A DNA stretch of 64,000 bases, from the NCBI GenBank assembly GCA_007134845.1, contig SLKA01000041.1, positions 56,695 to 120,694 on the forward strand, in the 5' to 3' direction. Each line of letters begins with the position of its first letter. Position 1 is the first letter of the stretch. Positions 27,761-38,407 of this stretch are shown here, in pieces. Source of the DNA: Balneolales bacterium. Lineage in GTDB: Bacteria > Bacteroidota > Rhodothermia > Balneolales > Natronogracilivirgulaceae. The notes beneath the pieces are model-generated. The model worked only from the letters and a program-made list of their open reading frames with translations. It was not told where the DNA came from and ran no database searches. Made by a program: the position numbers and the translations under genes.

Positions 27761-30403
27761 ATGAGAAATATAAAAAGTACCCATACTGGATGTGCACAAG
27801 TTTTACATCCACAATGCCGCACCGGATTAATATCAATAAGTAAAAACGAACTTTTTGCCTGTGTTATTTTGAGCATTCTTCTGGTTTCCTCCTGTGCCAC
27901 GATACTGCCGCCCGAACCGGAAGAACCTGCAATGATAACAGAGGACTGGTATATCCCTGAAGGTCCCGTACAGGTGCTGCGTGAGTTGACCTGGGATCTT
28001 CATCATCAGAAACTGCGCGTACGATTCAATTTTGATGAGGAGAAAGTCATCGGAGCTACCGAGATGCTGTTTACAAGCGAAGTAAGTCAGTCGGAATTGG
28101 TTTTCGATGCCAAAACCATGGAGTTTGATTCCATTCATGATGTCCGGTCTGACAGGGTGTTTGAATATGTTAAGGACTCTGCGGTTGTGACGGTGTTGCT
28201 TGATCGCGAGTACGCGGCAGGAGACACGCTCGTTCTTGGTGTCTCATTCGTCTCTAATCCACCGCAAAGGGGACTTTATTTTATAAACCCAAGGGGAGAG
28301 GACCCTGTGAAACCGACCCAGATATGGACTTTGGGTCAGCCCGAAGACAACAGCTTCTGGTTTCCGACCATTGACCATCCGGCCGAACGTGCAACACAAG
28401 AGACCTGGATTTCTGTACCGGATAATTTCCAGACCCTGTCCAATGGCCTGCTTCTTGACAGCCGCGTGCTACCCGGTGATTCTCTGCGTACGGATTACTG
28501 GAGGCTGCATCAACCACACACTCCGTACCTTTTTGCACTGGCTGTAGGTGAATATCAAATCATTGAGGAAAAAAGAGGGGATATTCTCTATCGCTATTAT
28601 GTCGAACCAAATTATGTGGATTATGTAAATGATATTTACAAGAATACATCTGATATGATCCGGTACTCGGAAGATATTACAGGTGTTGCCTATCCCTGGG
28701 ATCCGGTGTATGCACAGGCTCCTGTACATGATTTCATTGCCCGCGGTATGGAAAATACCACGGCTACGCTGCTTTACGATGCCGTACAGTTTGACAAAAG
28801 GACCGCGCAGGATCTGTCAAACCAGGATCTGATCATGCACGAAATCATCCATCAGTGGTTTGGCAACCTTGTAACATGCAAGGATTGGGCCAATTTGCCT
28901 TTGAATGAAGGATTTGCAAACTATTTCGAATCAGCATACCGCCTGCACAACGATGGTTTTGACGATTATCTGTGGAAAAATCATAATGATCGTCTTAGCT
29001 ATTTTGATGAGGCCGATTATTACCGTCGTCCCGTAATCTTTTATCAATACGAAATACCCGAGGACATGTATGATCGGCATACCTATCAAAAAGCTGGACA
29101 GGTGCTTCGCATGCTGCATGATTATCTGGGTGATGATGCGTGGTGGCGGGGCGTTCGCTTATGGCTCGATCGTCATGCTTTTGATGCCGTAGATGTCTTT
29201 GACTTTCAAAGTGTATTTGAAGATGCAAGCGGATTGGACCTGTATTATTTTATTGACCAGTGGTTTATGAAACCGGGGCATCCCTATCTGGAAGTATCAC
29301 ATGAGATATACGGTAACAGGGCGGTGTTGAATGTAAATCAGGTGCAGGATACAAGCAGGCAGCCGTTGTTCGATCTCTATCCTGAAGTTTTGATTGAATT
29401 CGAGGGGGGAGGCAGGCGCGAGCGTGTCCACATTGATAAGTATGAAAACGAGTTCGTTTTTGAAGCAAAATGGGATATTATTGATATTATTATAGATCCG
29501 GAACGTGTTCAGCTGGCCCAGTACTTCCGGGATATCTCCTTGTCCACACTCCTGAAACGATTAAAAAGCGAGCACCTGCTTGTGCGTGCAGAAGCACTGT
29601 CCATGGCCGGTGATTTTGTCGAATATCGTACTATTCGAGATCAGGTGGCAGACTTAGCCCGGAATGATCCATTTTGGGGAATTCGCATGACTGCTTATGC
29701 ATTTCTGTCGGATTATGCTGAATTGCTGGACCAGGAAAAAACACTTGACCTGGCATTATCAGCTACTTACCAGAATGAAAGAAAGTATCAGGTACGACAT
29801 GAAGCGTTTGGAATTATTAGAAATATGGAATTTCAGGATACAGAATACGCGGATAGAGTCAGGGACCACCTGGCAGAAATGATGGCTGATACCAGCTATT
29901 TTGTGTCAGCTGAGGCGATTCTTACAGCAGGCGAACGTTTCCCGAACGAAATTGCAGAGCTGGTGAAGCCTTATATTGATTCCGATTCTTATCAGGATGT
30001 GATTAAGAATGCCATAACCGCAGCATTGATCGGGTCAGCGGGAACAGAAACGGGTGTTATATCGACTGATAACAACAGATTTCAAACACTCATGGCACTT
30101 GCTGTTGAACCGGGAGAAAAGAGATACAGCTATGATGCGCTGAATTATATCCTTGAAAATATTCGAGCCTTTGACGAATCCGAATATGAAAAGATGATAT
30201 CACTGTTTGGGAAACGACTTTACGATCCTTACCAGCAATATCGCATGCTGGCATATGATGCCATGGGCAAGCTTGGAGCCACTGGATATCTGGATGATCT
30301 GAAGAAGATTCTGGAGAGCGAAAGACTGGACACGGATGAGCGCAGAACCGTGAAAGATACTATCAGGATTCTGGAGTATAATAGACTGATTCAGGAACAA
30401 TAG
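27761..30403 (+). CDS. M1 family aminopeptidase with C-terminal HEAT-like repeat region
   Basis: GMENT exopeptidase motif (ARGMENTT) and HEIIHQWFGNLVT-x18-NEGFANYFE zinc site. Lipoprotein-like LLVSSC. The start is uncertain: ATG at 27761, while the supplied ORF begins at 27707. Confidence 0.85.
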   Translation: MRNIKSTHTGCAQVLHPQCRTGLISISKNELFACVILSILLVSSCATILPPEPEEPAMITEDWYIPEGPVQVLRELTWDLHHQKLRVRFNFDEEKVIGATEMLFTSEVSQSELVFDAKTMEFDSIHDVRSDRVFEYVKDSAVVTVLLDREYAAGDTLVLGVSFVSNPPQRGLYFINPRGEDPVKPTQIWTLGQPEDNSFWFPTIDHPAERATQETWISVPDNFQTLSNGLLLDSRVLPGDSLRTDYWRLHQPHTPYLFALAVGEYQIIEEKRGDILYRYYVEPNYVDYVNDIYKNTSDMIRYSEDITGVAYPWDPVYAQAPVHDFIARGMENTTATLLYDAVQFDKRTAQDLSNQDLIMHEIIHQWFGNLVTCKDWANLPLNEGFANYFESAYRLHNDGFDDYLWKNHNDRLSYFDEADYYRRPVIFYQYEIPEDMYDRHTYQKAGQVLRMLHDYLGDDAWWRGVRLWLDRHAFDAVDVFDFQSVFEDASGLDLYYFIDQWFMKPGHPYLEVSHEIYGNRAVLNVNQVQDTSRQPLFDLYPEVLIEFEGGGRRERVHIDKYENEFVFEAKWDIIDIIIDPERVQLAQYFRDISLSTLLKRLKSEHLLVRAEALSMAGDFVEYRTIRDQVADLARNDPFWGIRMTAYAFLSDYAELLDQEKTLDLALSATYQNERKYQVRHEAFGIIRNMEFQDTEYADRVRDHLAEMMADTSYFVSAEAILTAGERFPNEIAELVKPYIDSDSYQDVIKNAITAALIGSAGTETGVISTDNNRFQTLMALAVEPGEKRYSYDALNYILENIRAFDESEYEKMISLFGKRLYDPYQQYRMLAYDAMGKLGATGYLDDLKKILESERLDTDERRTVKDTIRILEYNRLIQEQ

Positions 30404-30581
30404 ACTGGTTCGTATGGAATGATGCAATATTGGCGAATATATCTAGTTGTCGCATAATTAATATTATGTATAGTCATGTATCATTTAAGAATGCCCGGTA
30501 AATTTCTAAATCGATCCTTGATTCAAGTGCACACTATCCACTCTCCTGCTATGTCATACTGGATATCAAAACTTTCCGGAG

Positions 30582-31229
30582 TTAAACAAACCAGGTTTCT
30601 TTTCTTTTTTGTGCATCAATAATCTCATCCTCAAGCTCAAAAACATGGTTATAACCAACAGTGATAATGAGGATGCCACAGGAAACAAGCAACACCCAGG
30701 CATATACAGGCAATGTAAATGCAGATCCGGGCAGCCAGTAAAGAATAAATGTAACAAGGAAAAAGATCACCCCGACGAGCATATAGCCGTATGAACTATT
30801 GTGATGGGTTTTGTAGCTATAAATGATCAAACTTATAAGCAGTGAGCTACCCTGATAAAGTGCAACAGCCCATATTTTTACAACTGCGGTATCAATAATC
30901 AGAGGATAAAGAAAGATCAGGATCAAGGGGGCAAATGTAAATAATCTGGGAAACCGGGAAAATACAGGCTTGGAGTTGCGGACAAGTGATGCAGCAGCTG
31001 AAAGCAGAAATGAGACGGAGAAAACTGTTGCCCATTCGTCTATAAAATCCGGATCCAGCACAGGAAAAAATGTAGAAAGAAGATCTGATATACCAATGAT
31101 TGCTAAAAAAGCCGCAGATGTTCCCATGCAGAAATGCAGTATCTCCCGACTGATGGAATATAATCTGTAGAAATTAATCGTGGCGTAAAAAGCGACAATA
31201 AATAGAATTATTTCTGAGAAATCAGTCAT
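30582..31229 (-). CDS. hypothetical polytopic membrane protein (about 6-7 TM)
   Basis: 215 aa, hydrophobic throughout, with a short charged C-terminal tail. No family recognised. Confidence 0.5.
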   Translation of the reverse strand: MTDFSEIILFIVAFYATINFYRLYSISREILHFCMGTSAAFLAIIGISDLLSTFFPVLDPDFIDEWATVFSVSFLLSAAASLVRNSKPVFSRFPRLFTFAPLILIFLYPLIIDTAVVKIWAVALYQGSSLLISLIIYSYKTHHNSSYGYMLVGVIFFLVTFILYWLPGSAFTLPVYAWVLLVSCGILIITVGYNHVFELEDEIIDAQKRKETWFV

Positions 31230-31273
31230 TTTGCAGTTTTGGTTAATAGTGTTTGGACAAAAGTGCGATGCAA

Positions 31274-31783
31274 TTAGAGTTTGCGTGCCGCTGAACGTTC
31301 CGGATCAATGGTAAGAACTCTTTCAGCTACCTTCTTTAACTGTTTCCTGTCGTACATCACCATATCACGAAGCAACTTTTCCAGGGTCACCTCCCCTTCT
31401 TTTAAATACATTATTCGGTCAAATTCTTTCGGTTGCAGGGATTTCAGCAAACCCTGCACTTCACTGCGAGTTTCAATGATGTGATCCAGCAATTCCAATG
31501 CGCTTCTTCCCTCATGGTATTCGATGGAATAATGGGAATCAAAATGACTGGAAGGTGTCATATCTAAATCATCATTACAGTTTACAGCATTATGAATAAG
31601 AGGTTTGAAATAGTTATCACAGGCATACCCAATTTTTGCCACAACATCAAGAACCGATTCCTGCTCCAGAGGTCTGTCATCATATGGAATGACGTCGATA
31701 ATGGTTTTAAGCAGCTTCATCTCCTCCTGAAGCCAGCCCGCGTCTTCAATCAGATCCTGAATATGGATTTTATTTGGCTGCAT
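31274..31783 (-). CDS. hypothetical cytoplasmic helical protein
   Basis: 169-aa ORF co-directional with and downstream of nuoI. No family recognised. Confidence 0.45.
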   Translation of the reverse strand: MQPNKIHIQDLIEDAGWLQEEMKLLKTIIDVIPYDDRPLEQESVLDVVAKIGYACDNYFKPLIHNAVNCNDDLDMTPSSHFDSHYSIEYHEGRSALELLDHIIETRSEVQGLLKSLQPKEFDRIMYLKEGEVTLEKLLRDMVMYDRKQLKKVAERVLTIDPERSAARKL

Positions 31784-31835
31784 CAGAACAAGTTAAAACC
31801 TTGCTTTGGTTATTAAAGAAGCTATTTCAGGCTGA

Positions 31836-32522
31836 TTATGCCCGATCAAGACTGTCCTGCTTTCCTTCTTTTCGCTGTTCTTCGATCATTTCAACGAGCG
31901 ATAAGCTTGTTTCCCATCGTTTGTCGCGATTGCGGACGGAGTGGATATTATTCTCCTCATCAAAATTCCAGAATTGGCCAAACTGCCGGTTTTTATACTC
32001 TCTGAGGTACTCAAGGCGTTCCTTCAGCTCCTGTTTTGAGACGAGGAGTTTCGATTTGTCATAAACCGCTTCCTCTCTTGTTGAGAATACAAGATCGTAA
32101 TCCTTGCTCATCACAATGGCTTCTTCCGGGCAAACTTCTTCACAGTATCCGCAGTATATGCAACGAAGCATATTAATTTCAAAAAATGTCGGGTAGCGTT
32201 CCTTGGGATCATCGCTTGTCTCGGAGGCCTGCATGCTGATGGCTAGCGGAGGACAAGCCCGGGCGCACAGTCCGCATGCCACGCATCGCTCCTGGCCTTC
32301 ATCTTCCACCAGAACGGGTCGTCCACGGAAAATGGCAGGCGGGTTAAAACGCTCCTCGGGATATTTCATGGTGAACTTTGGCTGGAACATTTGCTTGAAG
32401 GTATACCACATGCCACGGAATATTTCCGGCAAATAAATTCTCTCCAGAAAATTCAGCGATCGTTCCCGGGCTGCATCACCGGAAAGGGCATTTCTTCTTG
32501 GTATTTCGAGATTTTCAGACAT
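31836..32522 (-). CDS. nuoI: NuoI-like 2x[4Fe-4S] ferredoxin subunit (NADH-quinone oxidoreductase subunit I family) with C-terminal extension
   Basis: Two CxxCxxCxxxCP motifs ([24 protein letters not shown]) and a NuoI-type N-terminal region ([16 protein letters not shown]...YPEE). ATG at 32522 is preferred. The ORF extends to 32567. Confidence 0.75.
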   Translation of the reverse strand: MSENLEIPRRNALSGDAARERSLNFLERIYLPEIFRGMWYTFKQMFQPKFTMKYPEERFNPPAIFRGRPVLVEDEGQERCVACGLCARACPPLAISMQASETSDDPKERYPTFFEINMLRCIYCGYCEEVCPEEAIVMSKDYDLVFSTREEAVYDKSKLLVSKQELKERLEYLREYKNRQFGQFWNFDEENNIHSVRNRDKRWETSLSLVEMIEEQRKEGKQDSLDRA

Positions 32523-32648
32523 ATAAGTTACTGATCGCAATAAAGTGTTGTGATACTTGCATTGCACTTGAGCATTGACCGTGACGGGATATCATCAAAA
32601 ATAACGTATGTGTTTGTTCTATCAAAAAAAATGAGGTGGGAATGCCAC

Positions 32649-33956
32649 TTATTTTTCCTTGAACACCATGGTAACAGGAACACCTTTAAAACCATAAGAC
32701 TCCCTGATCTGGTTCTCTATATATCGTCTGTAGTTTGCAGGAAGTTCCCTGGGCATATTCATGAAAAGTGAAAATACGGGTGGTTTTTGCTTGACCTGGG
32801 TGATGTATTTGATGGTGAGCTGGTGCCCCCTTGCAAATGGAAGCGGGCGTCTGGTTGTGATCTCCTTTAAAAACCGGTTGAGTTCCGACGTGGAGATTTT
32901 AATGTTGCGTTGTTCCAGAACTTCGATCGCTTCATCAATTACCCGGTGAATTCGCTGACCTGTTACCGCTGATATGGTTATCACAGGCACATATTTTAAA
33001 TTGGGTACTTTCCGGTAGATCGTCTCCATGAACTCTTTTGCTGTGTTGGTCTCCTTTTCGATCAGATCCCATTTGTTCAGAGCAATGATCATGCCTTTGT
33101 TGAATTGTTCAGCCTGACGCAGAAGTCTGGCGTCCTGTACCTCGAATCCCTGCTCCGCATCCACCAGCAGAATAGCGACATCACACTCCCGGATACTTTT
33201 TTCTGTCCGAATCAGGCTGTAGAATTCGATATTGTCATGAACCCGGGAACGTTTCCGCAATCCTGCGGTATCGACAAGTGTATACGTATTTCCCTTGTAC
33301 TCAAGGAGACTGTTAACGGAATCACGGGTAGTGCCTGCAATATCCGTCACTATGCAGCGCTCATCGTTCAAAAGCGCATTAATAAAGCTGCTTTTCCCAA
33401 CATTCGGACGGCCGATCACCGCCAGTTTGGGCCATTTCTGATCGTCCTTTTGTTCCGTTGGATCCGGCATAAGCTCAGCCAGCCTGTCGAGCAGCTCACC
33501 TGTTCCGCTTCCCGAAAGCGCCGAGACCGCAAAGAGCTCAGAGAATCCCATTCTGTAAAACTCCGGCGACTGCATGGTTTTTTCCATGTTATCGGATTTG
33601 TTGACGGCTAGCAGCACGGGTTTTTCCTGTCTTCTGAGCAAATGGGCAACAGCATCATCTTCGGTGGTTATCCCCTGTAGCACATCAACCACAAAAATGA
33701 TCACATCAGCTTCCCGGATTGCAAGTTCGACCTGATTCCGGATGCCTGTCACCAGGGCATCAGTCTTCCCGGAAAGATACCCTCCGGTATCAATGACGGT
33801 AAAATCACGCCCGTTCCAGTAGCTTTCACCATAGTGCCGGTCCCGGGTTACTCCGGATTCGTCATGCACGATGGCCTGACGTTCACCGAGAAGACGGTTG
33901 AACAACGTGGATTTTCCGACATTCGGCCGGCCGACAATGGCAACAACTGGAAGCAT
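32649..33956 (-). CDS. der: ribosome biogenesis GTPase Der (EngA)
   Basis: 435 aa. Two tandem G domains (GRPNVGKSTLFN and GRPNVGKSSFIN) plus a C-terminal KH-like domain. Confidence 0.95.
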   Translation of the reverse strand: MLPVVAIVGRPNVGKSTLFNRLLGERQAIVHDESGVTRDRHYGESYWNGRDFTVIDTGGYLSGKTDALVTGIRNQVELAIREADVIIFVVDVLQGITTEDDAVAHLLRRQEKPVLLAVNKSDNMEKTMQSPEFYRMGFSELFAVSALSGSGTGELLDRLAELMPDPTEQKDDQKWPKLAVIGRPNVGKSSFINALLNDERCIVTDIAGTTRDSVNSLLEYKGNTYTLVDTAGLRKRSRVHDNIEFYSLIRTEKSIRECDVAILLVDAEQGFEVQDARLLRQAEQFNKGMIIALNKWDLIEKETNTAKEFMETIYRKVPNLKYVPVITISAVTGQRIHRVIDEAIEVLEQRNIKISTSELNRFLKEITTRRPLPFARGHQLTIKYITQVKQKPPVFSLFMNMPRELPANYRRYIENQIRESYGFKGVPVTMVFKEK

Positions 33957-34005
33957 AAAATCAGGACTAAATAAGAGATAAGAAGGAAATCAAAGATAAA
34001 GTTTT

Positions 34006-34013
34006 TATCTTTG
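34006..34013 (+). promoter_or_regulatory. Bacteroidetes-type -7 promoter element TATCTTTG (TAnnTTTG)
   Basis: Exact TAnnTTTG match 38 nt upstream of the ATG at 34051. It is embedded in a 9-bp inverted repeat, AAAGATAAA-gtt-TTTATCTTT. Confidence 0.3.
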
Positions 34014-34050
34014 CAAGATACGCATTGCGCACCCAGTAATAAAAAACGAT

Positions 34051-34287
34051 ATGCTGCAAACCATTCACGATCAGTTTGGAACTGTAGGATCCATTTTGGT
34101 CACTTTATTGGTGTTTACCTTGGCTATTTTGTGGATAGCTGCTATTGCCGGGATTCAAGAATACCCCTACTCCGACAAGCGAAAGCTTTTTATCACCGTG
34201 CTGTTTATCCTTATCCCTCCCTATGCTTTCATCTGGCTTGCGAAAGACATGTACCGTCAGTACAAGATCCTCAAGCTTGACAAGTAG
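34051..34287 (+). CDS. small two-TM membrane protein (PLD-N-terminal-domain-like)
   Basis: 78 aa with two hydrophobic helices separated by a short loop containing ...DKRK.... This resembles PLDc_N-type small membrane proteins. Weak call. Confidence 0.4.
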   Translation: MLQTIHDQFGTVGSILVTLLVFTLAILWIAAIAGIQEYPYSDKRKLFITVLFILIPPYAFIWLAKDMYRQYKILKLDK

Positions 34288-34305
34288 TCTTTCAGCCCGT
34301 TTGAA

Positions 34306-36300
34306 TCATGAACCGAGTTGTTTTTGGCCAGGGTCTTCTTCAAGCACCCATGGCTCCAGGACGTTCTCGGACACATTATCCAGAAATCGGGAAGGATTTG
34401 AAAAGAACTCACCAAATGAACTCTCCCTGGTAATCGGATACGTCACAAAAAGGTGTTCCCGTGCCCGGGTGCAGGCCACATAGAGCAGTCTGAGCTCTTC
34501 ATCAATCGCAACGGGATCGTCCACGGAATATCCCGATGGAATGACACCATCCAGGCATTGTATGATGAAAACAGTATTCCATTCCAGCCCTTTTGCGGAG
34601 TGTATTGTACTCAGTACCAATGGGTTTTCCTCATGCGCATAGACTTCAGTTTCTACTGCAGTTGCATCGAGCGGATCAAGCGTCAATTCTTGCAGAAGCT
34701 GATCCAGCGAGACATAGCCGTTGGCCAGTCCGACAAACGCATCCAGGTCTTTAACCCTTTTGGGGTGGTCATCAAACCTTTTTTCGCACAATGGCTTATA
34801 GTAATCGGTGACCATTTCGACCGCTTTACCCGGCTGATCCAGAAGACGGGCAATGCCAGCAAGGATTGTGCTGAGGCTGTCAAGCTGTTTTTTGTATGAC
34901 CGGCTCACAATATCGGATGAACTGAGATCACGGGTTTTATTCAAACGCAGCCAGGTAATCAGTTCCGATGCCGTCTTCGGACCTATGCCATCAAGCAGCA
35001 AGAGCACCCTGTTCCAGGCTATATTGTCATCAGGATTTACAATAATTCTAAGATGGGCAAGCACATCGCGTATATGAGCGGCTTCTGCAAATTTTTGTCC
35101 ACCGAACTTTTGAAAAGGAATATTCTTTTTGTTTAACTGCCATTCCAGATCATAGGAGTCACGGCCGTTTCGAAATAACACCGCCATTTCACTTAACGGA
35201 GTGCCCTGCTCCCGCAGCTGCAGTAATAACTGTGTGATAAAACGCGACTGATCCCTTTCGCATGGAGCCCTGACCAAGCCAGGCAAATCCCCTTCGGTCT
35301 TTTTTGTAAACAGCTTCTTCTCAAATTTTTCCTTTGCTTTGTTTATCAAAGTATTGGATAGATCCAGGATCGGCTGTGTTGACCGGTAGTTCTCTTCCAG
35401 TTTGATTACCCGACAGTTTTCATATTGTTCGGGAAAAGCAAGAATATTGTGGAAATTGGCTCCTCTAAAGGCATAGATGCTTTGGGCATCATCCCCGACA
35501 ACCATCAGGTTTCTGTGAAACGAACTGAACAGTGAAGCCAGTTCAGCCTGCAGATTATTTGTATCCTGATACTCGTCGACCATCACAAACCGGCTGTTAG
35601 CAGCTACTTTCTCCCGGATATCTTCTTCCTGGAGAAGCAGACGGCGGGTATTGATAAGCAAATCGTCAAAATCCATTACACCATTTTTGCTTTTATAATC
35701 AAAGTACTTTTTATGCAGCTGTTCGATGGTTTCGTGATGTTGCATGAACTGTGGATACGCTGAGGCAATAACCTCATACAGGCTCAACTGCTTGTTTACA
35801 GCGGCTGAAAACATGGCTGCAAGTGTCTGTTTTTGCGGGAATCTTTTGCCTCGAAGTTGTTGAGCCAGGGAAGCACGGATATGGTGAATGGTATCGTGGG
35901 CATCGGCCTGGTCAAGCAACGTGAAATTTGGTGGAAAGCCAAGTCTGTCAGCGTACTGATGCAGCAGATGATTACAATAGTGATGAAATGTGCCTCCCCG
36001 GACCTGGTTGCACCTGTCATCAAGCACTCCGGTGGCTCTGTCTAGCATATCCCTGGCAGCACGGCGGGTAAATGTCAGCAGCAATATGGATGATGGTGCC
36101 GCTCCATCTTCCACCAGGCGAGCCACACGATAGATCAGCGTCCGGGTTTTTCCCGTCCCGGCACCTGCAATGACCAAAGCCGGACCATAATTATGCATAA
36201 CAGCTTCATACTGCTGTTCGTTAAGCAGATCACGGTAAGCGATCCGGTAGTCCGCATCACCCTTGCGGTTGGTGCCGCGTTGCAGTACAAATTTCTTCAT
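34306..36300 (-). CDS. ATP-dependent DNA helicase, UvrD/Rep/PcrA family
   Basis: 664 aa. Walker A AGAGTGKT, motif II DEYQDTN, and further SF1 helicase motifs (VGDDAQSIYAFRGA, TIHSAKGLEW). Confidence 0.88.
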   Translation of the reverse strand: MKKFVLQRGTNRKGDADYRIAYRDLLNEQQYEAVMHNYGPALVIAGAGTGKTRTLIYRVARLVEDGAAPSSILLLTFTRRAARDMLDRATGVLDDRCNQVRGGTFHHYCNHLLHQYADRLGFPPNFTLLDQADAHDTIHHIRASLAQQLRGKRFPQKQTLAAMFSAAVNKQLSLYEVIASAYPQFMQHHETIEQLHKKYFDYKSKNGVMDFDDLLINTRRLLLQEEDIREKVAANSRFVMVDEYQDTNNLQAELASLFSSFHRNLMVVGDDAQSIYAFRGANFHNILAFPEQYENCRVIKLEENYRSTQPILDLSNTLINKAKEKFEKKLFTKKTEGDLPGLVRAPCERDQSRFITQLLLQLREQGTPLSEMAVLFRNGRDSYDLEWQLNKKNIPFQKFGGQKFAEAAHIRDVLAHLRIIVNPDDNIAWNRVLLLLDGIGPKTASELITWLRLNKTRDLSSSDIVSRSYKKQLDSLSTILAGIARLLDQPGKAVEMVTDYYKPLCEKRFDDHPKRVKDLDAFVGLANGYVSLDQLLQELTLDPLDATAVETEVYAHEENPLVLSTIHSAKGLEWNTVFIIQCLDGVIPSGYSVDDPVAIDEELRLLYVACTRAREHLFVTYPITRESSFGEFFSNPSRFLDNVSENVLEPWVLEEDPGQKQLGS

Positions 36301-36467
36301 TGCATGTCAATATATGTAAAATATATGTTTTCTGTAACCCTCTCCTTTAATCTAAATGAAATGATTACGCACGTTGACAGGCAATCAAGCTTCTTTTTAT
36401 CAGGAACATTCATTTTGCATTGCAAAGATTCTTATTTTGACGCATTCCCTCCAATTATTTATTGCAC

Positions 36468-38369
36468 ATGATCATTCGTCAGCTCCATATTCTTCTATTT
36501 TTACCTATCATTGCCGGCATTCTGGTTCACTGCGAAAAGACAGATGCCGAGCGTGAAGCCAACCGGCTTTTTGTGGAAGCGTATCAGTTAACCGAAGCAG
36601 CGCATGAACTTGAAGAAACGGATCCTGAGGGCACATACGAGTATTATCGCCAGGCACTTGAGAAAATTGAAAAAATTATTGACAATTTTCCTGATACACA
36701 GATTGCTGTTGACGTAGCACAACACCGTACCCGCATTGGTGATATCACCGTGGGTGATTTGAGAAGAAAAGTGCCTCTTTATGCATCCAGGGCCGAAGCC
36801 CTTGACAATTTTCATAAACTGACACTCTATGCCATCAATATGGAGAATGAAGATTTGGATCGGGGCTTGAAGCGGCTGGAATATGCCCGCATCCTTTTTC
36901 ATAATTCCAAAGAAGAGCACCACGATGATCTTGTTAGAACGGTTATACGGCAGGCTGACCAGCACTGGAACCGTGAAATCATCGACCGGCTTTACCATGA
37001 TCTTTCCGTCCATTTTTCCTCCATTTCCCGCTGGCAGCAGAGTATTGATATGGCTGACCGAATCCAGGATCCGTCACTCCTCTCCCATTCGTTGCAGCAG
37101 CTGGTTTCTTCCGGATACATCACAGACGGTGCCGACGTCCGTGCACTGGAGCATCTTTACGGGTATTTGAATTATATTGATCCTGTCAGTCAGCTAAATC
37201 TGATCGAAATGATTTGCCGTAATCTGTTCACCAGCGGCCGGGGGTCTCAGGCGCTTGCCTTGGTACGGGAACGGTTGCCTCCGCCTGATGAAGACCGGGC
37301 ACTCGAGCATATTGAAGCTCTGACTGATCTATCCAATGTTTTTTCAGAACATGCTGAATTTGAAGTCAGTCAGCAGTTAATTATGCAAATAGGAAATATA
37401 GATTCTAATTATTCTGATTTTGCGTTGCGTGATATGGCTTCATATCTGGCGCTTCATGGCAGGATGGGTGAGGCGATGAAGATCGTAGAGAATTTTGAAC
37501 GTGATTATTTCAAGCACACCACCATGGCTGCCATAGCTGTCCAGAATGCCCGAAGCGACTCGCTTGACCTTGCGGTATCGCTGCTCGAACGGATTCCGGT
37601 ACATGTCTCCGAAAAAACGGAATCCCTCCTGGAAGTGGCATGGATCATAGCCGATGACGAAAACAGGGCTGATTCTCTTTTGCAACTTGCCCTGACCGGT
37701 ATCGGGGATATTCCCTCATCGCTGCAGCGCGCTCATGCGAATCTGCGGGTTGCAGATATTCAAATTCGACACAACAAGCGCTCCCTTGCAGCAGAGGCAC
37801 TTGAAAACGCAGAAGTTCAGGCCCGGGAAATTACCGGTTCTGAAAGTCTCAATTATCTGATCGCTCAGTTGATTGAAAGGTGGATATCATTGGGTCGGCC
37901 TGACCGTGCCCTGGATATCGCTGCCTGGTTCCGGATGTCGGATCCCAGCTTTGACGACCTTGTCCCCGGACTTTTTTCCTATGCCATAAACAGAGGCTAT
38001 CATGATTTTGCACGATCACTTGCCGTGATGACAGATCGCAGAGCTCGTTTTCAATATATTCTCGTTGAGGTTTATCTGGATCTCGGATTGGTTTCCCAGC
38101 CTTCTGAGCTTGCATACGAAATCAGAAATTATTACTGGCGATCCCGTGCATTAGCCAAACTCACCACGGGTTTGATAAATAAAGTAAATCTGGCAGCTGC
38201 CGAAAAAGCAGCAACAGACATCCTGCTAACCATGCAGAGAATTCGTGACCTTGATGAAAAGAAGCTGGCTTTGTTTCATGTGTCCGCCTTGCTTTCATCG
38301 GCCGGAATCACAATGAACGATGAGCGCAGGGCGTTAACCGTAGAGTTGCTCGGCGGCTTTGATCTTTAA
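36468..38369 (+). CDS. hypothetical helical-repeat (TPR/HEAT-like) lipoprotein
   Basis: About 633 aa. Signal sequence ends in ILVHC, and the remainder is predicted all-alpha with repeat-like periodicity. ATG at 36468; the ORF opens at TTG 36462. Confidence 0.5.
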   Translation: MIIRQLHILLFLPIIAGILVHCEKTDAEREANRLFVEAYQLTEAAHELEETDPEGTYEYYRQALEKIEKIIDNFPDTQIAVDVAQHRTRIGDITVGDLRRKVPLYASRAEALDNFHKLTLYAINMENEDLDRGLKRLEYARILFHNSKEEHHDDLVRTVIRQADQHWNREIIDRLYHDLSVHFSSISRWQQSIDMADRIQDPSLLSHSLQQLVSSGYITDGADVRALEHLYGYLNYIDPVSQLNLIEMICRNLFTSGRGSQALALVRERLPPPDEDRALEHIEALTDLSNVFSEHAEFEVSQQLIMQIGNIDSNYSDFALRDMASYLALHGRMGEAMKIVENFERDYFKHTTMAAIAVQNARSDSLDLAVSLLERIPVHVSEKTESLLEVAWIIADDENRADSLLQLALTGIGDIPSSLQRAHANLRVADIQIRHNKRSLAAEALENAEVQAREITGSESLNYLIAQLIERWISLGRPDRALDIAAWFRMSDPSFDDLVPGLFSYAINRGYHDFARSLAVMTDRRARFQYILVEVYLDLGLVSQPSELAYEIRNYYWRSRALAKLTTGLINKVNLAAAEKAATDILLTMQRIRDLDEKKLALFHVSALLSSAGITMNDERRALTVELLGGFDL

Positions 38370-38407
38370 CTTCATCAGCAATCATTTCACAACCTGACAA
38401 ACTTCCG

